A DNA stretch of 64,000 bases, taken from positions 44,052 to 108,051 of the forward strand of contig JBFGJG010000009.1 in assembly GCA_041577295.1 (NCBI GenBank). Direction: 5' to 3'. Positions 18,408-26,931 of this stretch are shown in pieces. The position numbers and the translations under genes are program-made. The stretch's first letter is position 1, and each line of letters opens with the position of its first letter. This stretch comes from Gemmatimonadales bacterium. Its GTDB lineage: Bacteria; Gemmatimonadota; Gemmatimonadetes; Gemmatimonadales; GWC2-71-9. The notes under the pieces are model-generated. The model did no database searches. It was given only the letters and a program-made list of their open reading frames with translations, and was not told the origin of the DNA.

Positions 18408-20383
18408 GGCGCGACCGGTTGACGGACCAGACGGTGGCGGAAATCCTCGGGAGTGGAGTTCAGGTGACAGCCAGAGCAGGTCCTGTCTGGATAGTGGTCT
18501 CCAGCCTCAGCGTGACACGTGAGACAGAACGGGCTGTCGGGGAGCAGTCTGGCAACCGTATCCACGGTATGGCACGCGTCGCAGGCCTCGTGCGCCTCGG
18601 CAGGCGGAGCGTGCAGCGTGTCGGCGGGCAGCGGTGTGTGGCAGGAAATGCAATCTCGCGAGGCGGTGTGGTGGTCGTCGTGACAGTCGGTACATGTCGC
18701 AACGGCGCTCGTAGTCACGAGGCTGACGGGCTCCGTATGGCATTCGACGCAGCGCAGCTCGGTGTGCTGGTCGTGAACGAACCCCACCTGCCGCTCGCGG
18801 GCCGGATAGTCTTCTACCGTCACACTCACGGTTGTGGCGAGCGGGGCGCGAAGCTCCTCCTCTGTGTGACACGACGAGCAGTCAGCAGTGATTGGCGCCT
18901 GATGGTGGCAGATCTGGCAGCCCCGCGGTTGTTCGAAGGTCAACGCACCATGTCCCGTTCGGGTTTCGTGACAGGTCAAACAGGCGAGATCGGCGTGCTG
19001 ATCGTGCGAGAAGGAGTCGGGTGGGGTCGCTTGCAGGGTAATACTTGCCTGGGCTTCACGAGGTCCTGTCGGTGGTAACACGTCACCCTTCCCCCGCGGG
19101 CGTTCCGGGTCTACCGGCGCGGAGGCTGGGAATGGACGGTGTGGCGGCGGCAAGCTCGTCTGACGCAGCGCTTGCGCGGTATCGAACGGGGCGATACGAC
19201 GCAGCCGTTGCCGCACGGCCCTCGGTGCGCGCTGGTCGTCGGCTATCCTGAGGTGGCATGCCTGGCAGTCGCTCGCGTCCACACGCGCCCGATGCGGCTC
19301 GTGGCAGAGTGTGCAGGCTCGGCCCACGTCCACATGTTGCGTCCCGACGTGGAACGGCTCGTCCCGCCAATCGACGTGACACTGCGCCGTCGCGCATGTG
19401 GCGTCCGCATCGGCGGCCACCTCCTGCTGGTGCGGGTTGTGGCACATGCCGCACGTCCCACTATGCGGATCGAACACAGGGTCGAAGTCGGCGAGGATCG
19501 CCTCCATTTCGTGGCATGAGAAACACGCCGATTCACCGGGCACCAAGGTGCCCGCGGCAGAATCTCGGGTTGCGAGGGCCGGGACCTCAACTGTGTACTG
19601 ATGGCACGTGACGCAGTGCAGGGTCGTTTGGTTCTGCATCTTGCCAATGGTGATGTCGACGTCCACGTGGCAGTCCGCTTGCGAGCAGGTGCTGTCCACC
19701 GGGACAAACCGATGGAGCTCGAGCCCGTGACACGACACGCACAAGATGTCGCGCAGGGCGACGGAGTCCGATTCGAGATGGGTTCGATGACCAGCGGTTG
19801 AGGCGACACGCTGCCACACCTCAGGCTCACCGGTAACATGGCAGTTCTCGCATACGGCATTTGGTACCGGTGAATGGTCGCGAATCTCTTCGGGTCGTTC
19901 CGCCACCCACAGATAGAGCTGCCGCATGCTGGCGTAGATCGACTGCTGGTGGCAATCGTGACAGCTCAGCGTATCGTGTTCGCTCTCGCTGAACCGTGTG
20001 AACGCGGGCTCCATGACATGGCAGCCGGTGCAGAAGCTGTTGTCGTGCTGCATGTAGTCCCAGCTGACCTTGCCGGCCCATGCCGCCGTACCAACGAGCA
20101 CTACGGCGACCAAGAGCAAGCCGACCTGTAACGCCCACGATCGAGTGCGGACCCACTGCCCGATTTCTCTGTATTTCGTCAACACATAGACCAGGAGCGC
20201 CAGCGCAATCAACACCCCGATGAGGAAGCCCACGACTTGGAACCACTGCGGCACGGCCTGGAAGAGGAAGCGGATGACCGTCGCCACGCCGCCGGGGAGT
20301 GGGGACTCCACGACCACAGAGTCCACCGCTTGTCCACCAGGAACGTCGACGCGTTGAAACGCAGCAAGCAAGGAAATGGTCAT
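18404..20383 (-). CDS. Membrane-anchored multiheme cytochrome c with NapC/NirT-like N-terminal module
   Basis: Two or more N-terminal TM helices, then FCTGCHVM..SEH..CHDCH. 18 CxxCH + 2 CX4CH. Confidence 0.88.
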   Translation of the reverse strand: MTISLLAAFQRVDVPGGQAVDSVVVESPLPGGVATVIRFLFQAVPQWFQVVGFLIGVLIALALLVYVLTKYREIGQWVRTRSWALQVGLLLVAVVLVGTAAWAGKVSWDYMQHDNSFCTGCHVMEPAFTRFSESEHDTLSCHDCHQQSIYASMRQLYLWVAERPEEIRDHSPVPNAVCENCHVTGEPEVWQRVASTAGHRTHLESDSVALRDILCVSCHGLELHRFVPVDSTCSQADCHVDVDITIGKMQNQTTLHCVTCHQYTVEVPALATRDSAAGTLVPGESACFSCHEMEAILADFDPVFDPHSGTCGMCHNPHQQEVAADADATCATAQCHVDWRDEPFHVGTQHVDVGRACTLCHEPHRARVDASDCQACHLRIADDQRAPRAVRQRLRRIAPFDTAQALRQTSLPPPHRPFPASAPVDPERPRGKGDVLPPTGPREAQASITLQATPPDSFSHDQHADLACLTCHETRTGHGALTFEQPRGCQICHHQAPITADCSSCHTEEELRAPLATTVSVTVEDYPARERQVGFVHDQHTELRCVECHTEPVSLVTTSAVATCTDCHDDHHTASRDCISCHTPLPADTLHAPPAEAHEACDACHTVDTVARLLPDSPFCLTCHAEAGDHYPDRTCSGCHLNSTPEDFRHRLVRQPVAP

Positions 20384-20453
20384 ATGCAGGGCGGTGTAAT
20401 AGTGGGTTCACCAGTTCTCGACTCGATCACGGCGGCTGTCTCTCGTACACGCT

Positions 20454-20484
20454 GACGGACCGGGGGGCGGATCCCCGGTCCGTC
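20454..20484. promoter_or_regulatory. 12-bp GC-rich stem-loop after the first cytochrome gene
   Basis: GACGGACCGGGG / CCCCGGTCCGTC, no U-tract. Confidence 0.55.
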
Positions 20485-20505
20485 GGTGGTTACCTGTCCG
20501 TCACG

Positions 20506-22002
20506 TTATTGGTCGAGTCGAACGCGCTGCAGCAGCGTACGAATCGCCGCATCGTAGTCCTTCGGCGTCGACGGAGCCACACCATACTCGTTTTGTACCG
20601 CCTGCTGGCTTGCGAGCAAGAGGGCTCGGATGAGGAACGGATTATGAGCCGAGCCGGCCAAAGGGGAATCGCCGTGGAGCGCGAGGTTGTAGTTGAAGTA
20701 CGCCCCCTCCGCGACCGTGAAGACCGAGCTCGTGGCATCGATCGGCTCGTCCGCATCGTTCAGCCCGGGATCTACCTGCTCGAGTTGCGCCAGCAACTCG
20801 TCAGCAAACGACTGCACCTCCCCGGATGCGACCGTCAGGGCGCTCGCGGCGGCCTGCGGTGTGAGATGGCACCCTGCCACCGTGCACCCCTGGAACGAGC
20901 GGGCGGCCGGTGTGATTTCGCAGTCGGCCGGCTGGGGCGACAAGGGCTGCCCGTTCGCGTCGACGCACGGGATGGCCTTGAACAGATGCCCCACCACGTT
21001 GATCACGAACTCACCCGTTTCCTGATCGGTCACCTCGAACATGCTCACGTGACACGTGGCGCAGAGTTTTTCATTCCCCTCGCTCCCGTGGCTCGCAATG
21101 ATGCGGCCTTGCTGGATGGTCGAGTTGGGCGGGAACCACCCCGACTCGCCAAAGAGCAGATCGGTCTCCGGAGAATGTGGCGAGAGCCCGTGCGAGGAAT
21201 TGGGGTCGGGCACCGTTCGCCGGTCATGACACTGGGCGCACAGGTGCTGTGTCGCGTCGTTTGTGTCGACCGGTCGGCGCAGCTGTCCAGCGAAGTTCGC
21301 GGCGTGCGGGTCGTGGCAGACGACACAAGTAGTGGACAGATGCTCGGCGGCATCCTTCTCCACGTACTTGGCATCCGGATCGAAGCGAGCGATCGCAGCC
21401 TGTCCGCGGTGGCAGCCTGCACACTCCGCCCGACCGGCGGCAAAGCCTACCACGTTCGCATGCCCCGATTGTGCCCACTCTTCCGCGAAGGGGTGGTGGT
21501 TCCCGGAATGACACTCGGCGCAGTTTTGGTCGTTGTTTGCACCGAGGCTCACACCGGCAATGGGCTGGGATGCACCCGGGTCCACCGACACATGCTCAAA
21601 CCCCGGGCCGTGGCAGCTCTCGCACTGGACGTCACCGTACACGGCCGAGTCGGGTACGGCATTGAACCCCGCAGGGCCCGCCAAGGAGTTACCCTGATCG
21701 TTCACCGAGTGGCAGCTCACGCAAAAATCCCGTCCGTGGCCGGAGCTAACCAACGTCTGCAGCGCCCCAGCGTGGGCGGTGTTGACCCATGCTAGCTGCG
21801 CACCCACGTGGCAGTTTCCACAGGTAGTGAGCTTGACGTCCGGATCGAAGTAGCCGAGAAAGCCGCTGGCCGCATCAGGTGGGTCATTGAACGGCTCGCG
21901 ATCGCGGAAGATGACGGTCTCTTCAGTACAAGCGAGACCTGTGAGCAGTGCCCCGAGTACGCTGAGACGCACGATGAGTTGAAGTGGACGGCGGGTCTTC
22001 AT
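20506..22002 (-). CDS. Multiheme cytochrome c lipoprotein (8 CxxCH + 1 CX4CH)
   Basis: Lipobox GLAC; c554-like W..TAHA and VQCESCHGPG; TCVVCHDPH. Confidence 0.9.
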   Translation of the reverse strand: MKTRRPLQLIVRLSVLGALLTGLACTEETVIFRDREPFNDPPDAASGFLGYFDPDVKLTTCGNCHVGAQLAWVNTAHAGALQTLVSSGHGRDFCVSCHSVNDQGNSLAGPAGFNAVPDSAVYGDVQCESCHGPGFEHVSVDPGASQPIAGVSLGANNDQNCAECHSGNHHPFAEEWAQSGHANVVGFAAGRAECAGCHRGQAAIARFDPDAKYVEKDAAEHLSTTCVVCHDPHAANFAGQLRRPVDTNDATQHLCAQCHDRRTVPDPNSSHGLSPHSPETDLLFGESGWFPPNSTIQQGRIIASHGSEGNEKLCATCHVSMFEVTDQETGEFVINVVGHLFKAIPCVDANGQPLSPQPADCEITPAARSFQGCTVAGCHLTPQAAASALTVASGEVQSFADELLAQLEQVDPGLNDADEPIDATSSVFTVAEGAYFNYNLALHGDSPLAGSAHNPFLIRALLLASQQAVQNEYGVAPSTPKDYDAAIRTLLQRVRLDQ

Positions 22003-22298
22003 TGTTAGTCTCGTGTGCTAACTTGGAGTGAAAAGTTGGGTCGCTAGTCAATCTAATCATCCAGGCTTTTATACTACGACGAGCGTTCGTGGTCGCGCTG
22101 AATGCCGCGTGAAGCTGTCTTTAATCCCAGGCCTCGGAGAGACAGATTGCATGTAGTGCGTTTCACATCGAAATGTCCTGGGATGAGGATCAAAATGTCT
22201 GAAGAAACCGCAACGTCAAGTTCGCCGCATCTAACGCGAAACAGGGTTTTCGTAAGGCACCAAGTCGCTAACCGCCATGTCATCACCCCAGCCGACAA

Positions 22299-23414
22299 GT
22301 GATCTCCGAGGCGCAGCCACTGCCGCCGACATCCGTCGCTGAGCCAACGCGGCTGTCGCAGCTGACGGTTCGGAACTTTCGCAATTTCGGGTCGCTCGAC
22401 TGCGCCTTGCCGCCAGAGGGCATGGTGGTCCTGGGCGCGAATGGCCAGGGAAAGACCAACCTGCTCGAAGCGATCTACTATCTCGTCCTCTTCAAATCGT
22501 TTCGTGGGGCGCGAGACCGGGACCTCGTGCGCTTTGGTGAGTCAGGGTTCTTCGTGGCGGGAGCCGCGCACGAGCGTATTACGGCCGGCTACGAGGTCAC
22601 GGGTCGGCGCAAGAAAGTCACCGTAGCCGGGCAAGAAGTCTTCCGGCTCGCCGATGCCGTGGGCACGATCGCGGCGGTTGTGTTCTCCCCGGCAGATCGC
22701 ATGATCGTCGATGGTGGACCGGCCGCCCGGCGGCGATACCTCGACGTGTTACTCTCGCTGAGTGCCCCTGCTTATCTCACCGCGCTCTCGCGTTTTCGGA
22801 ACGCGCTGAGGCAACGAAATGCTGCGCTCAGGCGCGGACGACCGGCCGATGCGAGTGCGTTTGACGAGCCGTTGGCGGCGGCCGCCGCAGTGGTTGCGGA
22901 GCACCGCCGGCAGTGGGCCAAGCGTTGGGGCAAGCGTTACGCCGAGTACAGCGAGGCGCTGGGGGAAACGGGCGAGGCACGGATGAGCTACGTGCCGCAC
23001 CACGGATCGGAGGGTGGTGTTGCGGAGCTCCGCGCGGCGCTCGCCGCCAACGTCGACCGCGATTGTCGTCGGGGGATGACGACGGTAGGACCCCACCGTG
23101 ACGATCTAGTCCTCCGGTTGGAAGACAAGAATCTCCGGACCTACGGTTCGGCGGGCCAGCAGCGATGTGCAGCGATCGCTCTTCGACTGTTGGAGGCCGA
23201 AACGCTCACCGACGAGCGCAACACGACACCCATCGCGCTGTACGACGACGTTTTCGCCGAACTCGACGCGCAGCGCCAAGAGCGTCTGTTGCGACTGATC
23301 CGCGATACCCTTCCGGGTCAGGCCATTCTCACCGCACCCAGGGAAGCGGAGATCCCAGCCGCTCTGCTCGAGCTACCACGGTGGACGATGCGTGGAGGAC
23401 GTCTTGGCCGATAA
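22299..23414 (+). CDS. recF: DNA replication and repair protein RecF
   Basis: NFRN, Walker A GANGQGKT, GPHRDDL, GSAGQQR and DDVFAELD. Confidence 0.95.
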   Translation: MISEAQPLPPTSVAEPTRLSQLTVRNFRNFGSLDCALPPEGMVVLGANGQGKTNLLEAIYYLVLFKSFRGARDRDLVRFGESGFFVAGAAHERITAGYEVTGRRKKVTVAGQEVFRLADAVGTIAAVVFSPADRMIVDGGPAARRRYLDVLLSLSAPAYLTALSRFRNALRQRNAALRRGRPADASAFDEPLAAAAAVVAEHRRQWAKRWGKRYAEYSEALGETGEARMSYVPHHGSEGGVAELRAALAANVDRDCRRGMTTVGPHRDDLVLRLEDKNLRTYGSAGQQRCAAIALRLLEAETLTDERNTTPIALYDDVFAELDAQRQERLLRLIRDTLPGQAILTAPREAEIPAALLELPRWTMRGGRLGR

Positions 23415-23700
23415 ACGACCGGTCAAAAAGCTATCGGAAGCGCTCGAATCCTACCTCAAGAAATCGGGGCTTACCAAGCGGATGCAGCAGGCGAGCGTGA
23501 TTTCCGATTGGCCACAGATCGTGGGGGCACAGATTGCCGAGGTGACGCGCCCGGTGGCGGTAACCGCCGACGGGACACTCTTCGTCGCCGTCCGATCGGC
23601 CGCGTGGGCCCAAGAGCTTCAGCTCATGTCGCCGGCGATCCTCAAGGAGTTGGGCAAACGGGGAAAACGGATCAAGCGGATCGTCTGGCGGGCGGAATAG
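23404..23700 (+). CDS. DciA (DUF721) family protein
   Basis: WPQIVG..IA..TRP..GTLFVAV.SAAWAQEL, directly after recF. GGAGG RBS before TTG 23404. Confidence 0.88.
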   Translation: MADKRPVKKLSEALESYLKKSGLTKRMQQASVISDWPQIVGAQIAEVTRPVAVTADGTLFVAVRSAAWAQELQLMSPAILKELGKRGKRIKRIVWRAE

Positions 23701-25882
23701 CATCCGTCGGAGAAGCACCGCGTGCAAGAGGAAGGTAGGCCTGCTCTGTGTAGTCTCGCACCATGCGTGCACCGGAGAACGCTGGACCAACCGTAACGAT
23801 CGCCCGCTTCATCCGACCGATCCATTTGCGCGGAAGACCCTCGGCATCGCGCTCGTAGAATAGCGGCACCAGTTTTTCCTCGAACACCTGATAGAGCGCC
23901 TCCGCATCCTCTCGGTCTTCCTGGCCTTCATCGTCGTAGGGTTGGGCGCGGCCGATCGCCCATCCGTTCTCGTCGTCAAATGCCTCCGGCCACCACCCAT
24001 CGAGGACACTGACGTTCAGCGCGCCATTCAGCGCCGCTTTCTGCCCGCTCGTCCCGCTCGCTTCCAGTAGCCGCCGGGGGTTGTTGAGCCACACGTCGAC
24101 GCCTTGAACCAGCATCGCCCCGACACGCATATCATAGTCCTCGATGAAGGTGACACGGCCACGCAGCGGGGGCTCCTGGCTCAGACGGAAGAGGTGCTGC
24201 ACCAACTCTTGGCCACCGCGATCCGCAGGATGGGCTTTGCCCGCGAGAAAGACGTGAATGGGACGCTGCGCGTCGCTCAAGAGGGCGCGCACCCGATGGA
24301 GGTCGCTAAACAGCAATCCCGCCCGCTTGTATCCGGCAAACCGGCGAGCGAATCCGATAATCAGGGCTTTGGGATCGATCCACGACCCAACCTGGCGAAG
24401 CTCCTCCGGCGAGCGACCGTGACGCGCCAGCTGCTCGCGTGTCCGGCTGCGGACAAACTGCGCCAGCCGGTCTTTCTGCATTTGATGGGCCGTCCACAGC
24501 TCCTCATCCGGGATGGCCATGATGCCACTGCTCGCCATCCCAGCGGTGAGACGCTCGGCCCAGTGTGGCCCGAGGTGCCGCTCAAACAGCTCCCGCATCG
24601 CGATACCGCACCAGGTTGCCGTATGGACGCCGTTGGTGATGGGATGGATGGCGAACGAACCCCGCGTGGTCTCAGGGTGTAAATGCCGCCACATCCGATC
24701 GCACACCTGCGCGTTCAATTGGCTCACGGCATTCCTGAACCCACTCACTCGCACGCCCAACGCGGTCAGGTTGAACGCCTGTTCGTGCTCCCCGTGGTGC
24801 GCATGACCCAGCGCGAGGAGCTCTTCGGCCGAGACGCCCATCTCACCGGCGATCGGCTCGACGAACTTGCGTGCAAGGGCGCGGTCAAACTGCTCATTGC
24901 CCGCAGGAACCGGCGTGTGGGTGGTGAACACAGTGTCGTTGCGAACCGGCTGAAGACACTCGCCTAAAGAGGGACAGCCCTCGCCCCGGTGCTCCCGCAG
25001 ACGTTCCAATTGCACGAAGGCACTGTGCCCTTCGTTCACATGCCACACTGCGGGACGCAGATCGAGTGCCCGCAACGCCCGCACGCCGCCGACCCCTAAC
25101 ACCACCTCCTGCGCCAGTCGCATCTCGCGTCCGCGCACATAGAGGATGCTGGTGATCGCGCGATCACCCGGATCGTTGTCGGGCACATCTGTGTCGAGTA
25201 AGAGCAACGGCACGCGGCCGACTTGCACCAGCCATACCTTGGCCATCACGTCGCCCCCGGGAAGTGGGACGCTCACCAGGAGCCCGCTCCGGGCGGAGCC
25301 AAGCGCCGGCCGAATCGGGAGGCGCGCAAAGTCGTGTTCCACGTATGTATGCTGTTGAAACCCGTCGGCATCCACCGTCTGCCGGAAGTACCCCTGGCGA
25401 TACAGCAAGCCCACGCCGATGAGTGGCAACCCGAGATCGCTGGCGCTCTTGAGGTGATCCCCCGCCAGTACCCCCAACCCGCCGGCATAGAACGGAAGGG
25501 TTTGGTGAACGCCGTACTCCATCGAGAAGTATGCGATGGGACCGGCGAACTCCCCACTGTGGTGGCGGGCAAACCAAGACTCACTGGCGCCGCGCATGTA
25601 CCGATCGAATGTTGTCGTGACCGAAGCGTAGGCGCTCATGAACGTCTCGTCATCGCGCAGCGCGTCCCACCTCGCATGTTCCGCGCTGATCAGGATCTGG
25701 ACGGGGTTGCGGTAGATCCCCCACGCAACGGGATCGACTGACGCGAACAGCATCTGCGCTCGAGGGTTCCACGTCCACCAGAGATTGTAGGCAAGGTCGT
25801 AGAGCTTTCGCAGTTCAGCTGGCAACTGTATGTCGCCGACGGGTAGCGACGGAATGTTTGGAATCCCTTTGGAATCGGTCAT
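23672..25882 (-). CDS. glgP: Alpha-glucan (glycogen) phosphorylase
   Basis: YNLWWTW, YFSMEYG, GGLGVLAGD, NEGH, FARRFA.YKR and the PLP-Lys motif EASGTSGQK. Confidence 0.93.
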   Translation of the reverse strand: MTDSKGIPNIPSLPVGDIQLPAELRKLYDLAYNLWWTWNPRAQMLFASVDPVAWGIYRNPVQILISAEHARWDALRDDETFMSAYASVTTTFDRYMRGASESWFARHHSGEFAGPIAYFSMEYGVHQTLPFYAGGLGVLAGDHLKSASDLGLPLIGVGLLYRQGYFRQTVDADGFQQHTYVEHDFARLPIRPALGSARSGLLVSVPLPGGDVMAKVWLVQVGRVPLLLLDTDVPDNDPGDRAITSILYVRGREMRLAQEVVLGVGGVRALRALDLRPAVWHVNEGHSAFVQLERLREHRGEGCPSLGECLQPVRNDTVFTTHTPVPAGNEQFDRALARKFVEPIAGEMGVSAEELLALGHAHHGEHEQAFNLTALGVRVSGFRNAVSQLNAQVCDRMWRHLHPETTRGSFAIHPITNGVHTATWCGIAMRELFERHLGPHWAERLTAGMASSGIMAIPDEELWTAHQMQKDRLAQFVRSRTREQLARHGRSPEELRQVGSWIDPKALIIGFARRFAGYKRAGLLFSDLHRVRALLSDAQRPIHVFLAGKAHPADRGGQELVQHLFRLSQEPPLRGRVTFIEDYDMRVGAMLVQGVDVWLNNPRRLLEASGTSGQKAALNGALNVSVLDGWWPEAFDDENGWAIGRAQPYDDEGQEDREDAEALYQVFEEKLVPLFYERDAEGLPRKWIGRMKRAIVTVGPAFSGARMVRDYTEQAYLPLARGASPTDAIPPARRSA

Positions 25883-26295
25883 GCGGGCTTGGTTTCGATA
25901 GTGGCGCTGACACGGAATTGATGGACCATCTCGGTCATGCGAGTTTCGATCCGTCGCATCTCGTTTTCGGCGGAGTCACGGCTGCGGAAGCCTCGCTCCA
26001 AATCCACCGCAATGCGATTGAGCAAACGGACGTCGGCGACGAAGCGGTCGAGTGAGCTTCGAAGTCGCAGAAACCGTCGCGTGGGCGAATACCGCTCGGG
26101 CAGGTGCGAGGTCTCGCTGCCGGTTGGCGTTTCGCGCCGCGCTAAGCGAATCGTGACCAACATGATACCGATCAACAAGAAGCTACCAATTACCGCTCGA
26201 AGCGTATTGTCGGAAATGCTGAGGATCGCCACAGCCTGCAGGGCGATCGCCCCAATGAACACCAAGGTCTCGATCACATGGCCGGCTCGCGTCAT
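25879..26295 (-). CDS. Hypothetical 2-TM protein with C-terminal coiled region
   Basis: ATGA overlaps with both neighbours; paralogous to 26292-26786. Confidence 0.7.
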   Translation of the reverse strand: MTRAGHVIETLVFIGAIALQAVAILSISDNTLRAVIGSFLLIGIMLVTIRLARRETPTGSETSHLPERYSPTRRFLRLRSSLDRFVADVRLLNRIAVDLERGFRSRDSAENEMRRIETRMTEMVHQFRVSATIETKPA

Positions 26296-26786
26296 TGCAA
26301 CCGTCTCATGGCCGCCGGCGATAGGCGCGCCTGAAACGCTGGCGGTCTGCGGGAAGCGTCGTCGCTGCCGGCAGCTGCCCGAATCTCTTGCACGAGTAGC
26401 GTCAAGCGCTGCTCGATGACGTCGAGCTCACTGCGCGCGGCCGCCCTGTCGCGGACTCCACGTTCGGCATCGACCGCCACACGATGGAGCCGCCGCACCA
26501 TGTCAATGAACTGGTCGACGTTCGCCCGCAGCCGGATGAAACGACGATCGTAAAAGCGGCTCGTCGTGGATCCGCCACGTTGCGGCGAGCGCGACGCCAA
26601 GACGGCCGTTGCCCCGACCACGACGGCCGCGATCAGCATGCCGAACAGAAAGCGCGTTTCGCGCGCCTGCACGGTGTAGAGCACGACCGCCTCGCCAATC
26701 AGGGCAACGACCAACACGACACCGAGCGCCAACCGGACGGCTGACCCGAGTGGCACTTCCGCATCCATCGGCTTCGGTGCGACCAT
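26292..26786 (-). CDS. Hypothetical 2-TM protein, paralog of the downstream gene
   Basis: Shared RRF.RLR...D.F...VR.L.R.AVD.ERG.R motif. Confidence 0.7.
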   Translation of the reverse strand: MVAPKPMDAEVPLGSAVRLALGVVLVVALIGEAVVLYTVQARETRFLFGMLIAAVVVGATAVLASRSPQRGGSTTSRFYDRRFIRLRANVDQFIDMVRRLHRVAVDAERGVRDRAAARSELDVIEQRLTLLVQEIRAAAGSDDASRRPPAFQARLSPAAMRRLQ

Positions 26787-26931
26787 AGAGGCGCTGAGGA
26801 TCTTGGAAACAAAGCGAACGCGGGCTGGCCGTTAACCTAGGCCGGTCGGCCGGAACGCGCTAGCACCCCCGGCAATTTGGATCTGGCAGGGCCCGAGGCA
26901 CTCGCCTATTCTTAGCCCAGACTCCAACCAC

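Noticed and set aside
22003..22298. Possible oriC next to recF
   Set aside because: I found no TTATCCACA DnaA boxes, and dnaA, dnaN and gyrB are not nearby.
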